A stretch of 64,000 nt of DNA. Origin: Callorhinchus milii (lineage: Eukaryota). The notes beneath the pieces were generated by a model. It worked only from the letters and a program-made list of their open reading frames with translations, was not told where the DNA came from and searched no databases. The stretch lies in NCBI RefSeq assembly GCF_018977255.1, contig NW_024704743.1, forward strand, positions 31,126,001 through 31,190,000, in the 5' to 3' direction. A program made the position numbers and the translations under genes. Positions within the stretch are counted from its first letter, which is position 1. Every line of letters begins with the position of its first letter. This document shows positions 53,301 to 64,000 of this stretch, one piece after another.

Positions 53301-55159
53301 AGCTAGGATTTCCAAGACTTTAAATTATGCTGAGCTTTCCCATATTAATATAAACATAAGTGAAGTTTTTGAGAGACTAGAAGGAATTCTAATATTGCTT
53401 GAAGCTTTGAAACTTTCACTCCCCGCAAAACTAAAAATATGTAGCCTGACAAGACCTCTTTTATTTAACGTGTCCTTCATCGGTTCAACAGTACTGCATG
53501 ATAAAAAAAATTGAATAGAAATCAGCATCAAGGCACTCCAGTATATCAGAAGAAGGCAGAGTGTTTCTGCATATAATCCTCCAAAGCTGCAAACGTACTT
53601 CATCTGAACTGTGTATTCTTATTTTCACTTCAATGCCAAAATGGCTCGTTATTGTTGGACGTGTGTTAACAAGAACACAAAAAGGCAAGCTACTGAGATA
53701 AAGATGAAGAAACCAAAAAGCACATTTTCCACAGCAGTGACATTTTCCCCCTAGATTTGCTCCATAGCCTTGCCACCTGAAGTCAGCCGAGCTCCTCCGA
53801 CCTCTTCACTTGTCATCAGTTGTACCATTGTAATGGTTACTTTCACTGTTCTCCAGTGTGCTATGGCTGGTGTCACTTTGCAATAAAGCTCATCTTCCCT
53901 CATTCTAATCACAGGCATAGAGCGAGCAGTATCAGGCTCTGACACAGCAGATGGATCGAAGTTAGCTCAGCCACCATAAAACATGTTAAAATGCAATCTC
54001 GTGATGGGATCACAGGAAAAGGAGTGGACCATTAGAGCCAAGTTCCATCACTTTTTTTTAAAGTCATGAACATTCCTCCACCTTGTCTCCGTGACGCCGA
54101 ATAACCTTACTCCCAAGAATCTATCTATCTACCTTTCCCTTTTAAACATCCCAATTGATTGTGTATCTACTGTATAGCTTTATGGGTCAGTGAATTGCAC
54201 ATTCTCAGCTAAATTGTCAGCTGAGGGGTGGTGCTAGGTGAAAGAAAGAGAACTGCAAAAAGTTGCTTGCTAAGTTCTGATTTTAATGTAAGAATTCCCC
54301 ACCTAGAAACTCTTTTAGCACCTCCCTCAGCTGTTACATTTTCCAGATTATTCATGGCACCACAGCCACCTTTATTCATTGCACTTTTCCAGTGAACTGC
54401 TGTTATAATAAAACATAAACTTCATTCTAAGCATTTAGCTTAACAGTGCTGCTCACAATCAATGCTTGGATAATAATTTGGATAATAACATTTTGAGGAA
54501 GCATTTAAGACAATATCAATGCTAGATCAGTATGAAGATTGAGCAATAAACAGTTTGCGAGTACCTGGGGTGTACATCATAACATTTTATAATGGGAATT
54601 TTCCCTGGCAGACAAGAGTTATCTAAAACACATGATTACATGACTTCTGCAATAACAGTGCTGGTGCAGCTCACTTTCTATTCTGTACCGAACACAATTA
54701 CAATGGCTCTATAAATATTCTACAACAATATATAAATCAGCATTCATTAAAATGTGTAGGTCAGTTCACTCTTAAATGATTCATATCAATGTGGTAAACA
54801 GGTCCTTTTCATAACAAATAAATCGGCAAAATTATGAATCAGGGCCAGTGAAATAATACTACAGATGTAGGACTCACTTCAATTCTGATTTGCATATGTA
54901 CTGCACTACCCTGACACTGGATGACTCATTGTTTCCCCCATAGGTACCTTACCTGCTCTATACTATGCTCTCTGCAACTGCAATGACTACCCCCTGCTGT
55001 GAATTCCACTTAAGTGATCTCACTCCCTAAGCTGCGTCTTAATTTATGAACAAGATATGTACCCAGATAAACCCAGCATTCAACTAGCAAAAATAATGCA
55101 TATTTTAATGTACACCTATGAGGCTGCTCAGTAATGCAACCAAGGGAATTCATTTTATC

Positions 55160-55506
55160 ATTATTAATATATGCTGTAAAGTAAGTGACTGTGTAACTTG
55201 TAGACTAATGTGACAAACAGTCATGAAGGAATGACTATTTTTTATTGGGCGATTGTTGGCCAGGACACCAGGAGAAACTCCCATCCTTTTCGAATAGTGC
55301 CGTGGGATCCTTAGCACCCACCCAAACAGGCAAACTGGGTTTCGGTTTGACATTTCATCTGAAGGATGGCATCTCTGACAATGCAACACCCCGCAGCACT
55401 GCATCAGAGTGTCAGATGAGATTATATGAGTTCCAAGTCTTGATGTGGGGCTTGAACTCAGAACCTTCTGACTCAGAGGTGAGAGTGGTACCAAGCCTGG
55501 CTAACA
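55160..55506 (-). mobile_element. Older tRNA-headed Deu-domain SINE
   Basis: Homologous to 47612-48063 (tcatctgaaggatggc; ccttctgactcagaggtgagag). Confidence 0.82.
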
Positions 55507-55959
55507 CTGTGGATTAAAATGCTGAGTTCAATCAGCTTTCTTACTTGAAAACCTAGTTTAAGGGCTGAGGCTCACAGTTTAAGGACACCATCATTTAAAA
55601 TAATGGAAAACAAGTTGCAGAGAATAAATGATGAGTGACACCAAAGATTTGGGCCTTAGGTACTTGGAGAATAAAAGAAGACAAAATTGAGAGCTGACAC
55701 TAAAAGAGGACAATTGAGGTCAAATAATTTTGATGATTTTTGTTGGATTCAACACAATGAAGAATGGAGTGAGACAGCTTCTACTGAAGCTTCAGTAGAA
55801 CAAACAGAAGTAAGTTCAAAGAAGAGGTAACCAAAGAAGTATGGATGAAAATTAAGACAAACAAGGAACATAAATAGATATTGGGGGCCAGAAATGAAAG
55901 TAGAACACATCTATCTGACACAAGCCTTTTCTTGTTCTGTTTTGTAGTGCAGGAAAGCA

Positions 55960-56260
55960 TGCCAAGATATTGGAACAGTATTCAAGTTCATGCATGAACG
56001 TGGGCTTTATAGAGAAGAGGTGTTGAAGGAAAAATAAATATTTGGCACAAAGATGGAAAGGAACTTCTATGAGACTTTAGCAAATGAGATGTGAGAATTC
56101 CACTTGAGGTCAAAAGAGATAATGAGACCCAGAATGTCAATACATGAAGAATGATTAAGAGTGGAGTCATCAAAGATAAGAGGTGACAGCTGTTGGCAGA
56201 CCTGCAAAGGAGATAAAGAAACCAAGCTTTGAAAGAAACAGAAGATTATCATTACTTTCT
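55960..56260 (-). mobile_element. Degenerate non-LTR retrotransposon RT C-terminal fragment of a different family
   Basis: Frameshifted peptides DILGLIISFDLKWNSHIS / LLYKAHV / LEYCSNI fit the LG..I...L.W..HI....LYK..VRP.LEYCS..W signature. Confidence 0.65.
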
Positions 56261-57124
56261 GGTGGGCCATCAAGTGCGCACTGTCTAAAGTGTGGAAGGT
56301 TTGAATTGGCTCATTTGTTCAAATCAATAGTTGAAAACTGCTTTTTGCACAAAGAACACACTTTCACAGCAACCTTCTGCTAAGAAACTCATGCAGCATT
56401 TGTGAATGGGCAATTCAGTGCATTTAAATGTCAAAAAACTTCCTGAAGTTCGAACATGGAGCACAAGCTTTTTTTCACCCACTGCTGTTAACAATAGATA
56501 AATAATAAAGCTTTCAAGTTAATCTCTCACAGCTTTAATATATTGTGCTTTAAACAGTAGATATCTGTATAGGGTATGAACATTGATACAGAAAGCAATA
56601 AAAAAAATCTATATTTTGGATCCCTATTAAAATTTGCTGCATATGTAAAGACCATTTATTCTTTCCTAAAGTACATTTAGTTGAAGTATTTTTTAGAATC
56701 CTGAATATAGTTCACTTTCAAACCTCTCACTAAATTGTCTTTTGATTCTGCAGTTCAAAATGACGAGGAATGTCTGTTAAAAATCTAATGGATAAGCCAC
56801 AGGCTCATGCCATTTTATGTCTAAACAGAGGGAATGGATTTATACTATGTGATACACTGAATATGAATGTCAGTCAACATTGATGGATTTCTGAAAGATC
56901 TGAGCAAATGCAAAACATGGAACAAAATATAAAAGTAAGGTGGATGGACTGAAAAGACTTTCATCATTTCTACCTTCTTATGTTTTTGTGATTAGATTCC
57001 TTTAGATTTCAGTATTTGTAAGATTAACCTCACCCTTGCTGATCGACAATCATGTCCAAAGATATTCTAAAGCAAAGAATAATAATAAAGATACAAAAAT
57101 ACAGTATTGCAATGAGAGAGAATA

Positions 57125-57480
57125 GTTTATAGCGTGTTAGTACACTGTCCTTCCACTCCCAGGATCTGGGTATGAATACAGCTCAGTGCGATAAGATGAA
57201 GTTTCTCTCACCGTTGACTGTAAGGCTATAGAGAATGTGTTTGGGCAGTTCTAGTCTAGTCCCTCGTGGGCATGGACCCATAGTTCAAAACAAACCTCAT
57301 TGTATAGCTTAATTCATAAGAGCCATGAAGGTGCCATGAAATGTCATATTAATGCAATAGAGCTTGCTCTTCTGAGGTTGAGCTGAGTGCATGCTATGAT
57401 TGCTGTGAAGTAAAAAAGCCTTTGTGTCTGGCTCAGGCTTTACCTGGTTTGATGTTGATTGTTCTCACACTGGGTGCAAA
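57125..57480 (+). mobile_element. LF-SINE-like ancient SINE relic
   Basis: ccttccactcccaggatctgggtatgaatacagctcag...ctgtaagg...gaatgtgtttgggcagttctagtctagtccctcgtgggcatggacccatagttcaaaac resembles the LF-SINE consensus as remembered. Confidence 0.55.
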
Positions 57481-57621
57481 GAGTGGATAAACCTACACAA
57501 CTTATACATTGATTTTCAGTGAGTGCCCTGCTGCAACATATACGAATTAAGATACTGCAATGATTACCTTTGGGGATTATTTTGTCCAATAATCAAAGAA
57601 GGGTGATTCTTTAACCTCACC

Positions 57622-58240
57622 ACAACAACAACAATTTGCATTTACAGAGCCCCTTTCACGATGGGAGGGTATCTCAAGGCGCTAGATCGTGCACTCGAGC
57701 TGGGGGTTGGAATCAAAAGACGTGGGAGTAGGGAGGGCAAGGGGGGATGGGGATGGGAAGTTGACCGAAGGCACGGTCGAGGAAGAAGGTCTTGAAAAGG
57801 ACCTTGAAGGAGGCAAGAAAGGGGCCGAGGCAGAGGAGCTCTGGGTTGCAGTTCCAAAGGTTGGGGGCAGAAAGGCTGAAGGCCTGAACGCCAATGGTGG
57901 AGGGGGCAGGTGGGTAATGTGGAGCAAGCGAGTTCCTGCCAAGCAGAGGAAGCAGACAAGTTGGTAAAGGTTTAGTTGGTCACAAGGGTAGGGAGGAGCA
58001 AGACCATGGACGGATTTAAAGGTGAGGACGAGGATCTATCCTCATAGATAGATGATAGATAGGATCTATCTATCTATCAGAGCTATCCTCTGGGAGCAGG
58101 GAGCCAATGAAGCCAGGCAAGGATGGGGGTGTTAGGGTCATGAGCTTAGTGTGGGAGAGGACACAAGCTACAGAGTTCTGAATAATCTGCAGCTTGTGGA
58201 AGGAAGAGTTGGAAAGATCGTTGAGCAGGGAGTTAGCATA
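57622..58240 (-). mobile_element. L2 3' fragment
   Basis: Colinear with 35584-36170 (gaaggcacggtcgaggaagaaggtcttg; tctgcagcttgtgga). Confidence 0.9.
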
Positions 58241-60189
58241 GCATTAAAATGTACTTTGTTTCACTTTCGTTCCTTTCAGATCCCACACACCTTGAGATCT
58301 GGCTGAGTGCAGAGTGAATGACAGCCATTCTCTCTTTGACTAGGCACTTCAACCTGCGTCTAATCACTTAGCTAAGACAACACAACTCAGAGCTTATGGG
58401 GAAGACATGAGCCAGAATGAGGGTGTAGTGCAAGATCTCGCAGCGCAAGAATCTTGTTTCATCATTGGGATATTTCTTTCAGTAGTCATTTTAAACATTC
58501 AACAGCTGAAATCGCACATGCTTAAATTCCTTGCTCTAATGAAAATGCAATAGTGCTGAAAGAGTTAACGATTGGCACAGTACATCGTGTCTGATCAGTC
58601 CCTTAGCAGTTGGGACTCGTGGAATATTCAAATGAGTGCCTCTTATCCTAATCTACACAATTTATGCAGAATTTCAATGAGAACCCTGCTAAGACCACTC
58701 ATTCTTCATACTTTTGCTTGGGAGTGACTGTTTTTTTTCTTCCTTCAGTTTGAACTTTTACCTAAATCAGAAACTGGGGCAAGAAATCAACGGGGAGGAA
58801 AGCTGAATTTCATCCAATACTGATCAGACTTTGGGATTTAATTTTTAAACAAAAATTAAACCACACAGCCTCCTGTTTACAGATCATTTGAAAACACTGG
58901 TAGTCCTCAGCCTGTTTGAGATTTCAGCTGATGTTTGCCTTTTCTCTAACAAATATTTCTTCACAACTGCACGCAATACTCCAAACTATGAAATATGTAG
59001 AGCAAAAGTTTGTTGAAATATTCAATACTCTGCAGTAATATTCTGCAATTTGGAACCGAGGATAAGAAAAATAAGCTTCTGTGGGAATCACACAACACAA
59101 ACACAATTGTTTAAATGGCCAATATGAATTTTACAAAGGACTGAATTGTATTTCACAACTTAGAATGTTGTGAAGGACAACAGCATATTAACCTATTGAC
59201 CACTTCTTCAAAAATATCCGTTGTCGATTAATGTAACCATATCACCTTATGATAGTTTTTATTGGTAAACCTGCAGAGCAAATTAAGTTCATGATGGTAA
59301 GTAATTGCATGAGATCATTCGACATCTTGAATGTGCTCTGATCTGTGGTAAGGCAGTGGAAAGTCTTCAGCAATTTATAGAATCAACATTTTCTTTTATC
59401 ATTTTTTAAAAAAAGTAGAAAAAGCGAGATCTGACTGTTTACGAACAGGAAAGCACTGGTTCTGCTCACCTATATCAGAAGCTACAATTATGTACAGAAC
59501 CACAGAACATTTCCTCTTTCACAACACGATGTAAATGGAATGGAAAAACTGAAACAGTGCTCGATTTTTATTTTGCTTCAAGGTACAACTCTCTGTACCC
59601 AACTTTCCTCAATCCTCAAAGAGACTATTAAAAGAACAAACAATCCCAACTGGATCAAACTCTGCTATTTCCAGACATGTATTTTACTGCACACATTGTG
59701 TCCTCAGATTGTGTACGGGTTACTTGTAATCAGTGCCTTTTCTGGTTAGTAGTAAGACATTTTTGCCCATTTCAAAAGGAAGGATTATTTTATCATATCA
59801 ATAAAGTTATCAATAACTCTTCCTCAGTATTTTAGATTAGGTTCAACTTCACTGTTCAGGGGGATAGTTATTTCAATACAATGTGATGTTTTTCTATAAA
59901 CAAAAAAGTACCAAAAATTTCATTAATTTAATTTCATTAAAATCATCATCAATTCTGCAGGTACCACCTTGTGACACTGTAATCACTGCAGGTTAAAGGC
60001 CCCCGGGTAGTCCAGTCGCAGCTGATGTCGTTTTCTACATGTTGTGTGCGTGCATGTGAACGGCTACCTATGCATATTACACAGGACATGACATCAACAG
60101 CGGTCTAACAATCCAGAATTTGGCCATCTTTTAGCGTGGGAAGCCAAATAACTAATCAGCGTTGGAAGACCAGTTGGTGTACATCCGGA

Positions 60190-60440
60190 TAATAATAATC
60201 CTTACAATTGATATTGTGCCTTATCACCTTGTCAAGCCATCTCAAAGCACTTCAAAGGATTTTACTGTGAATTGTTGTACTTTATTTTGTGGTAAACATG
60301 GTAACCTTTTCCACATAACAATGTCCCACAACTGAGGGAGTGACCAATTTTTTCTGGATGATTGTGGGCCAGGACACTGGGAGAAACTCCTTTTTTTTTA
60401 AATCGTGTCACGGGATCTTTAATATCCACCTAGACAGGCA
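60190..60440 (-). mobile_element. Deu-domain SINE fragment
   Basis: aataataatcctt...caatgtcccacaa...gggatctttaatatccacc. Confidence 0.75.
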
Positions 60441-63059
60441 GACCCCAATTTTAATTCTATTACTGCCGGTTGCACACCACTAACTCCTCCACTCCACCAT
60501 CAGTAGTTGTGCCTTCAGCCACTGGGCCCCTTAATCTCTGGAACTCCCCGTATCAATCCTGTCTGAAAACCTACCTCTTCGATCACCTATGGTCACTCAT
60601 CTTGCTTAGTGTCTGAGCCGCACCATTGTACAGCGCTACAAGACATTATCCTATACGAAGGACACTATATAAATGCATATAGTTGTTGTTGTTTAACCCG
60701 AATTCGAAAAGGACTTAAATGTATCTGTAACCAGTGGATCAGCATTGATAAAATTACATAATCATTCTTTCCTTTCCTTATTTTTAATCACAATAAATTA
60801 AATAGGAGTGGTACGAACTACAGAACCACAGAACTACAGTTATACTAAGATATTAGACCAAACGTTAGTATTAAAATGCTTGAGAGAACTGCTTCCAGGC
60901 TGTTGTCAATTCTGATCAAAACACAGTTGCTCAGAGGCATGCAACAGATGCCTAAAGCTGCTGACCCTCTGATTTAGTCTCTTGAATGAAAGCATAAACC
61001 TCACTTGGCATCTCCCCACAACCCTTACACCTGAGGGCACCAAGTGAAAAACCACAGGCACAAACCCATATCCTAATCTTTCATAGCCAAGCTAAACGTA
61101 ATCCTTTCAAATAATCATATTGCTCTTTTTATTTGTACTCATTGGCCAAAGAACAGACTCCCAGCACAGTGTGTACTTCAATTACCAGACAAGCTGGACC
61201 GATTGCACTATTAGGGCGGTTCCCTTTGTACAATGATATCAAAGTTATTTTCTGATATACCGTGTAAAGTCAACCAGAGAACGTTTCTCCACCCCAAAGG
61301 GGAAAAAACAATCCCAAAATAGTTTGTGCAGGAAGAGACTTATTCATGAAAAAAAATCAACTATATATCTTAATACTCTTCAAATTCTCACATTCCTGAT
61401 GTCCCTACTTATGTGGACATCGACATGTCAGGAGTAATTGAAGTAATGTACCCTTTGGGGGAATCTGAAAGAACTTTGTACTTTATGTTAACAATGTTAA
61501 ATAGAAAGGTCATCCATCATTAAATTTTATTCCTAACGTCAATCAGAATTTGAGCAGTGACACATTGTTACCATGAAACTTTTGATATGGATTAGGTTTA
61601 ATCTGAAGGAGGTCAGAATCTAAACTCAATGCTCCAAACAGAAAATGACTGGGGCTTAATAATACAATGCAAAATTTCATTTGTATAGCGCCTTTCATGT
61701 CGACAGGACGTCCCAAGGTGCTGGACAGTCAGGGATTTAGAGTTGAGCAGGGAGTGGGGTTGGGATCAGGGAGGTTGAAGGGTGGCCGAAGAGGAGTGCG
61801 TTGGCACCCGCTTCTTTCACATCTGTGAGCCGGATTAAAACCCAGTCAAGACAGACCATAATTCCTCCCTTTCTGAGCTATGTACCTATTTGAAATGCAA
61901 TTGTGCAGACTCCACCCATCTCTTTGTCAACACTCATTGGCTATTTTATAATTCAGCAAGATAATAGATAGGAGATAAACCAACATGACTTGCTTCACAA
62001 TACACACAGCACCTGCCTATTGAGTCATTACAAGCAGGGACAAAGTCTGAATTAAACAGTAATATCTTACAAGTAATAGCCCTTCACTCTTCCTTGAATT
62101 ACTATGGAGCCAGCTGTGCATCCACTAACTGATGCCACGATATTTAAATATTGTTTTTACAAAAACTCAATGTTCCTGAGATTGGAAAATGATGAAATCT
62201 GCTAGATCTCAGATTCTGTGATTTCTGCTGGAAAGATCACATTTGCTGACTTCAGGCAATCATTAAATTTGGCTCAGATACGATCCCTTGTCGCAGTTAA
62301 ATTACTTTCCAGTTCACATTTATAGAGAATGGACAGCTGGGCAAAGTCCTTCTGTGTTATTTCTGATACCCACACATAGGGCATCACAAAGGAGACAGAA
62401 ATTGGAGAATAATGTTTTTTTAAATACAAATGCACAAGCAACAACGATCGGATATTTATATGGGGCCTTTCATGTTGCTTGACACAGATGACGGACAGCC
62501 CAAGCTGGAGATGGGGCACCATTGAGAAATATGTTTGAAAAGTACAGGCGGGAGGTAAAAATGGTGTGAATAAGGGTTTCAATGGCATTTGATGTGAGAC
62601 AGGGCCAGAGGTGGGCAATACAGCAAAGGTAACCTCACCTTAATGAATGCAAATATTTACCAAAAATACAAAATGATTTAAAAACCTAACAGCACAAGAC
62701 AGGTAAAGAAGACTACTCCCAACACACCTGCTCTCCTCTAGAGTCTAGAGAGAGCTGCTAGTGACCCCCAGCAGCTTGCCCGAATAACTATTGTTCATGT
62801 GTAATCCTGCGCTGTGATGTTTGAAAAGTTGTACTGACTGCAGATGGAATCACAGGCCACAGATTCTACACATCCACACGTGAGCACTATCCAGCAAGGC
62901 AAGGTAAAGATTTGAATCAATAAGGGGTTTACAGTAAAAAACAGATGACAAAATAGCACCTGCATTTTTGCATTTCATTGCTTTGCACTCAATTCTACTC
63001 AGCCAATTTTTTTTCTGGGAATGTCCCCCCAGTCAATCAAAGAAATTAGCTTAATTAAC

Positions 63060-63340
63060 AGATTCTTTGCACAGAAAGCAATGCGAATGTGGAATTCGCT
63101 GCCACAAACTATTCTTGAGTTGAGGCAAAGCCCACAAAGTGCTTTTGAAAGGGAATTAGATTATTGCTTGAAAAGAACGAATATTGAAGATTTTGGGAGC
63201 GAGGAGGAGTGATTTATTGAGAAGATTTATTAGACAAATCGGTTTAGGTGCTCATGTGAGATTAGGTTTGGTGGCTGATGTGGAGAAAAAAAACAGACTT
63301 GATGACCTGAATGGACTGTTTCTTTGTTGAAAAATTCTGT
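63060..63340 (+). mobile_element. Old CR1 3' fragment
   Basis: FFAQKAMRMWNSLPQ...FERELD peptide. Confidence 0.65.
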
Positions 63341-63904
63341 TTCTAAGGAAATGAGATTTATAACTATACCTCATCTTGTTCTCTGCCTGCCTTTTATCAG
63401 ACTCAGAAACTCGACACAGTTCATTTCTGAGAAAACGCACCTTTTAAAATAAACACTTTGATTAAAAAGACAGCAGAGATTAAAGGACACAAAGGTCTTG
63501 TGTAGGCAGAAAGATGAAAGCCTGATGAGTCCTTGTTCCTGCATTACTGTGTTCTTAAGGTAAGTAATAGAGGTACTTGCTAAATGGGAACTACTGAGCT
63601 GTGACTGTCCAAAATGGAATTTCACTCAGCACATTTATCAATCATTTTAAAAACAAATTTTACACCATTCTTGCAATCTCTCTCGTCTGTCAAAAAACCA
63701 TTAAAAAATGACAGAAGAGACTTCCATCACCATCCTGAACCAGAGTGCACTAAAAGCAATAAAGCATTGGCACAACTAGTAGGGGTAATTTACGGAAAAA
63801 GGCCATGTCTCGGTATTTAATATTTAAGGGAATTTTAGAAACTTTAACATTCAACAGCTATGGATTTAAACATTGCACATAATGTAACCAATTAAATCAA
63901 AGCC

Positions 63905-64000
63905 CATTTCACCAACAAAATATGCAGTCAGTTCACTTTACAGTACATTCTGTGAAACGGTTTGAGACGTCTCAAAGACGTGATAAGGCGCTATATCAAA
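63905..64000 (+). mobile_element. Deu-domain SINE 3' tail, runs off the window end
   Basis: cagtcagttcactttacagtac...gtgataaggcgctatatcaaa. Confidence 0.85.

Noticed and set aside
1..64000. CRISPR arrays, operons or prokaryotic/viral systems
   Set aside because: The sequence is vertebrate intronic DNA; I saw no regularly spaced repeats and no long non-TE ORFs

Overview
Eukaryotic (vertebrate) genomic DNA that is almost entirely intronic. The only securely identifiable coding sequence is one 167-bp internal exon of CDKAL1 (tRNA-Lys t6A37 methylthiotransferase) on the minus strand at 20273-20439, which the ORF track misses. I did not find the neighbouring CDKAL1 exons by eye, implying flanking introns of >20 kb and >43 kb. 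The repeat landscape suggests a cartilaginous fish, probably a chimaera/elephant-shark-like genome (inference). It comprises many L2 and CR1 LINE fragments, two families of tRNA-headed Deu-domain SINEs with L2-like tails, LF-SINE-like relics, a probable non-autonomous Helitron and a hAT-like MITE. The most interesting items are two TSD-flanked palindromic elements carrying minimal hammerhead-ribozyme cores (Penelope-type), a recurrent set of perfect fold-back inverted repeats, an inverted ~1-kb L2 pair bracketing the CDKAL1 exon, and a speculative phase-compatible chain of cryptic minus-strand exons. Repeat boundaries are approximate and were read by eye; family names come from remembered consensus motifs, not from a database search.
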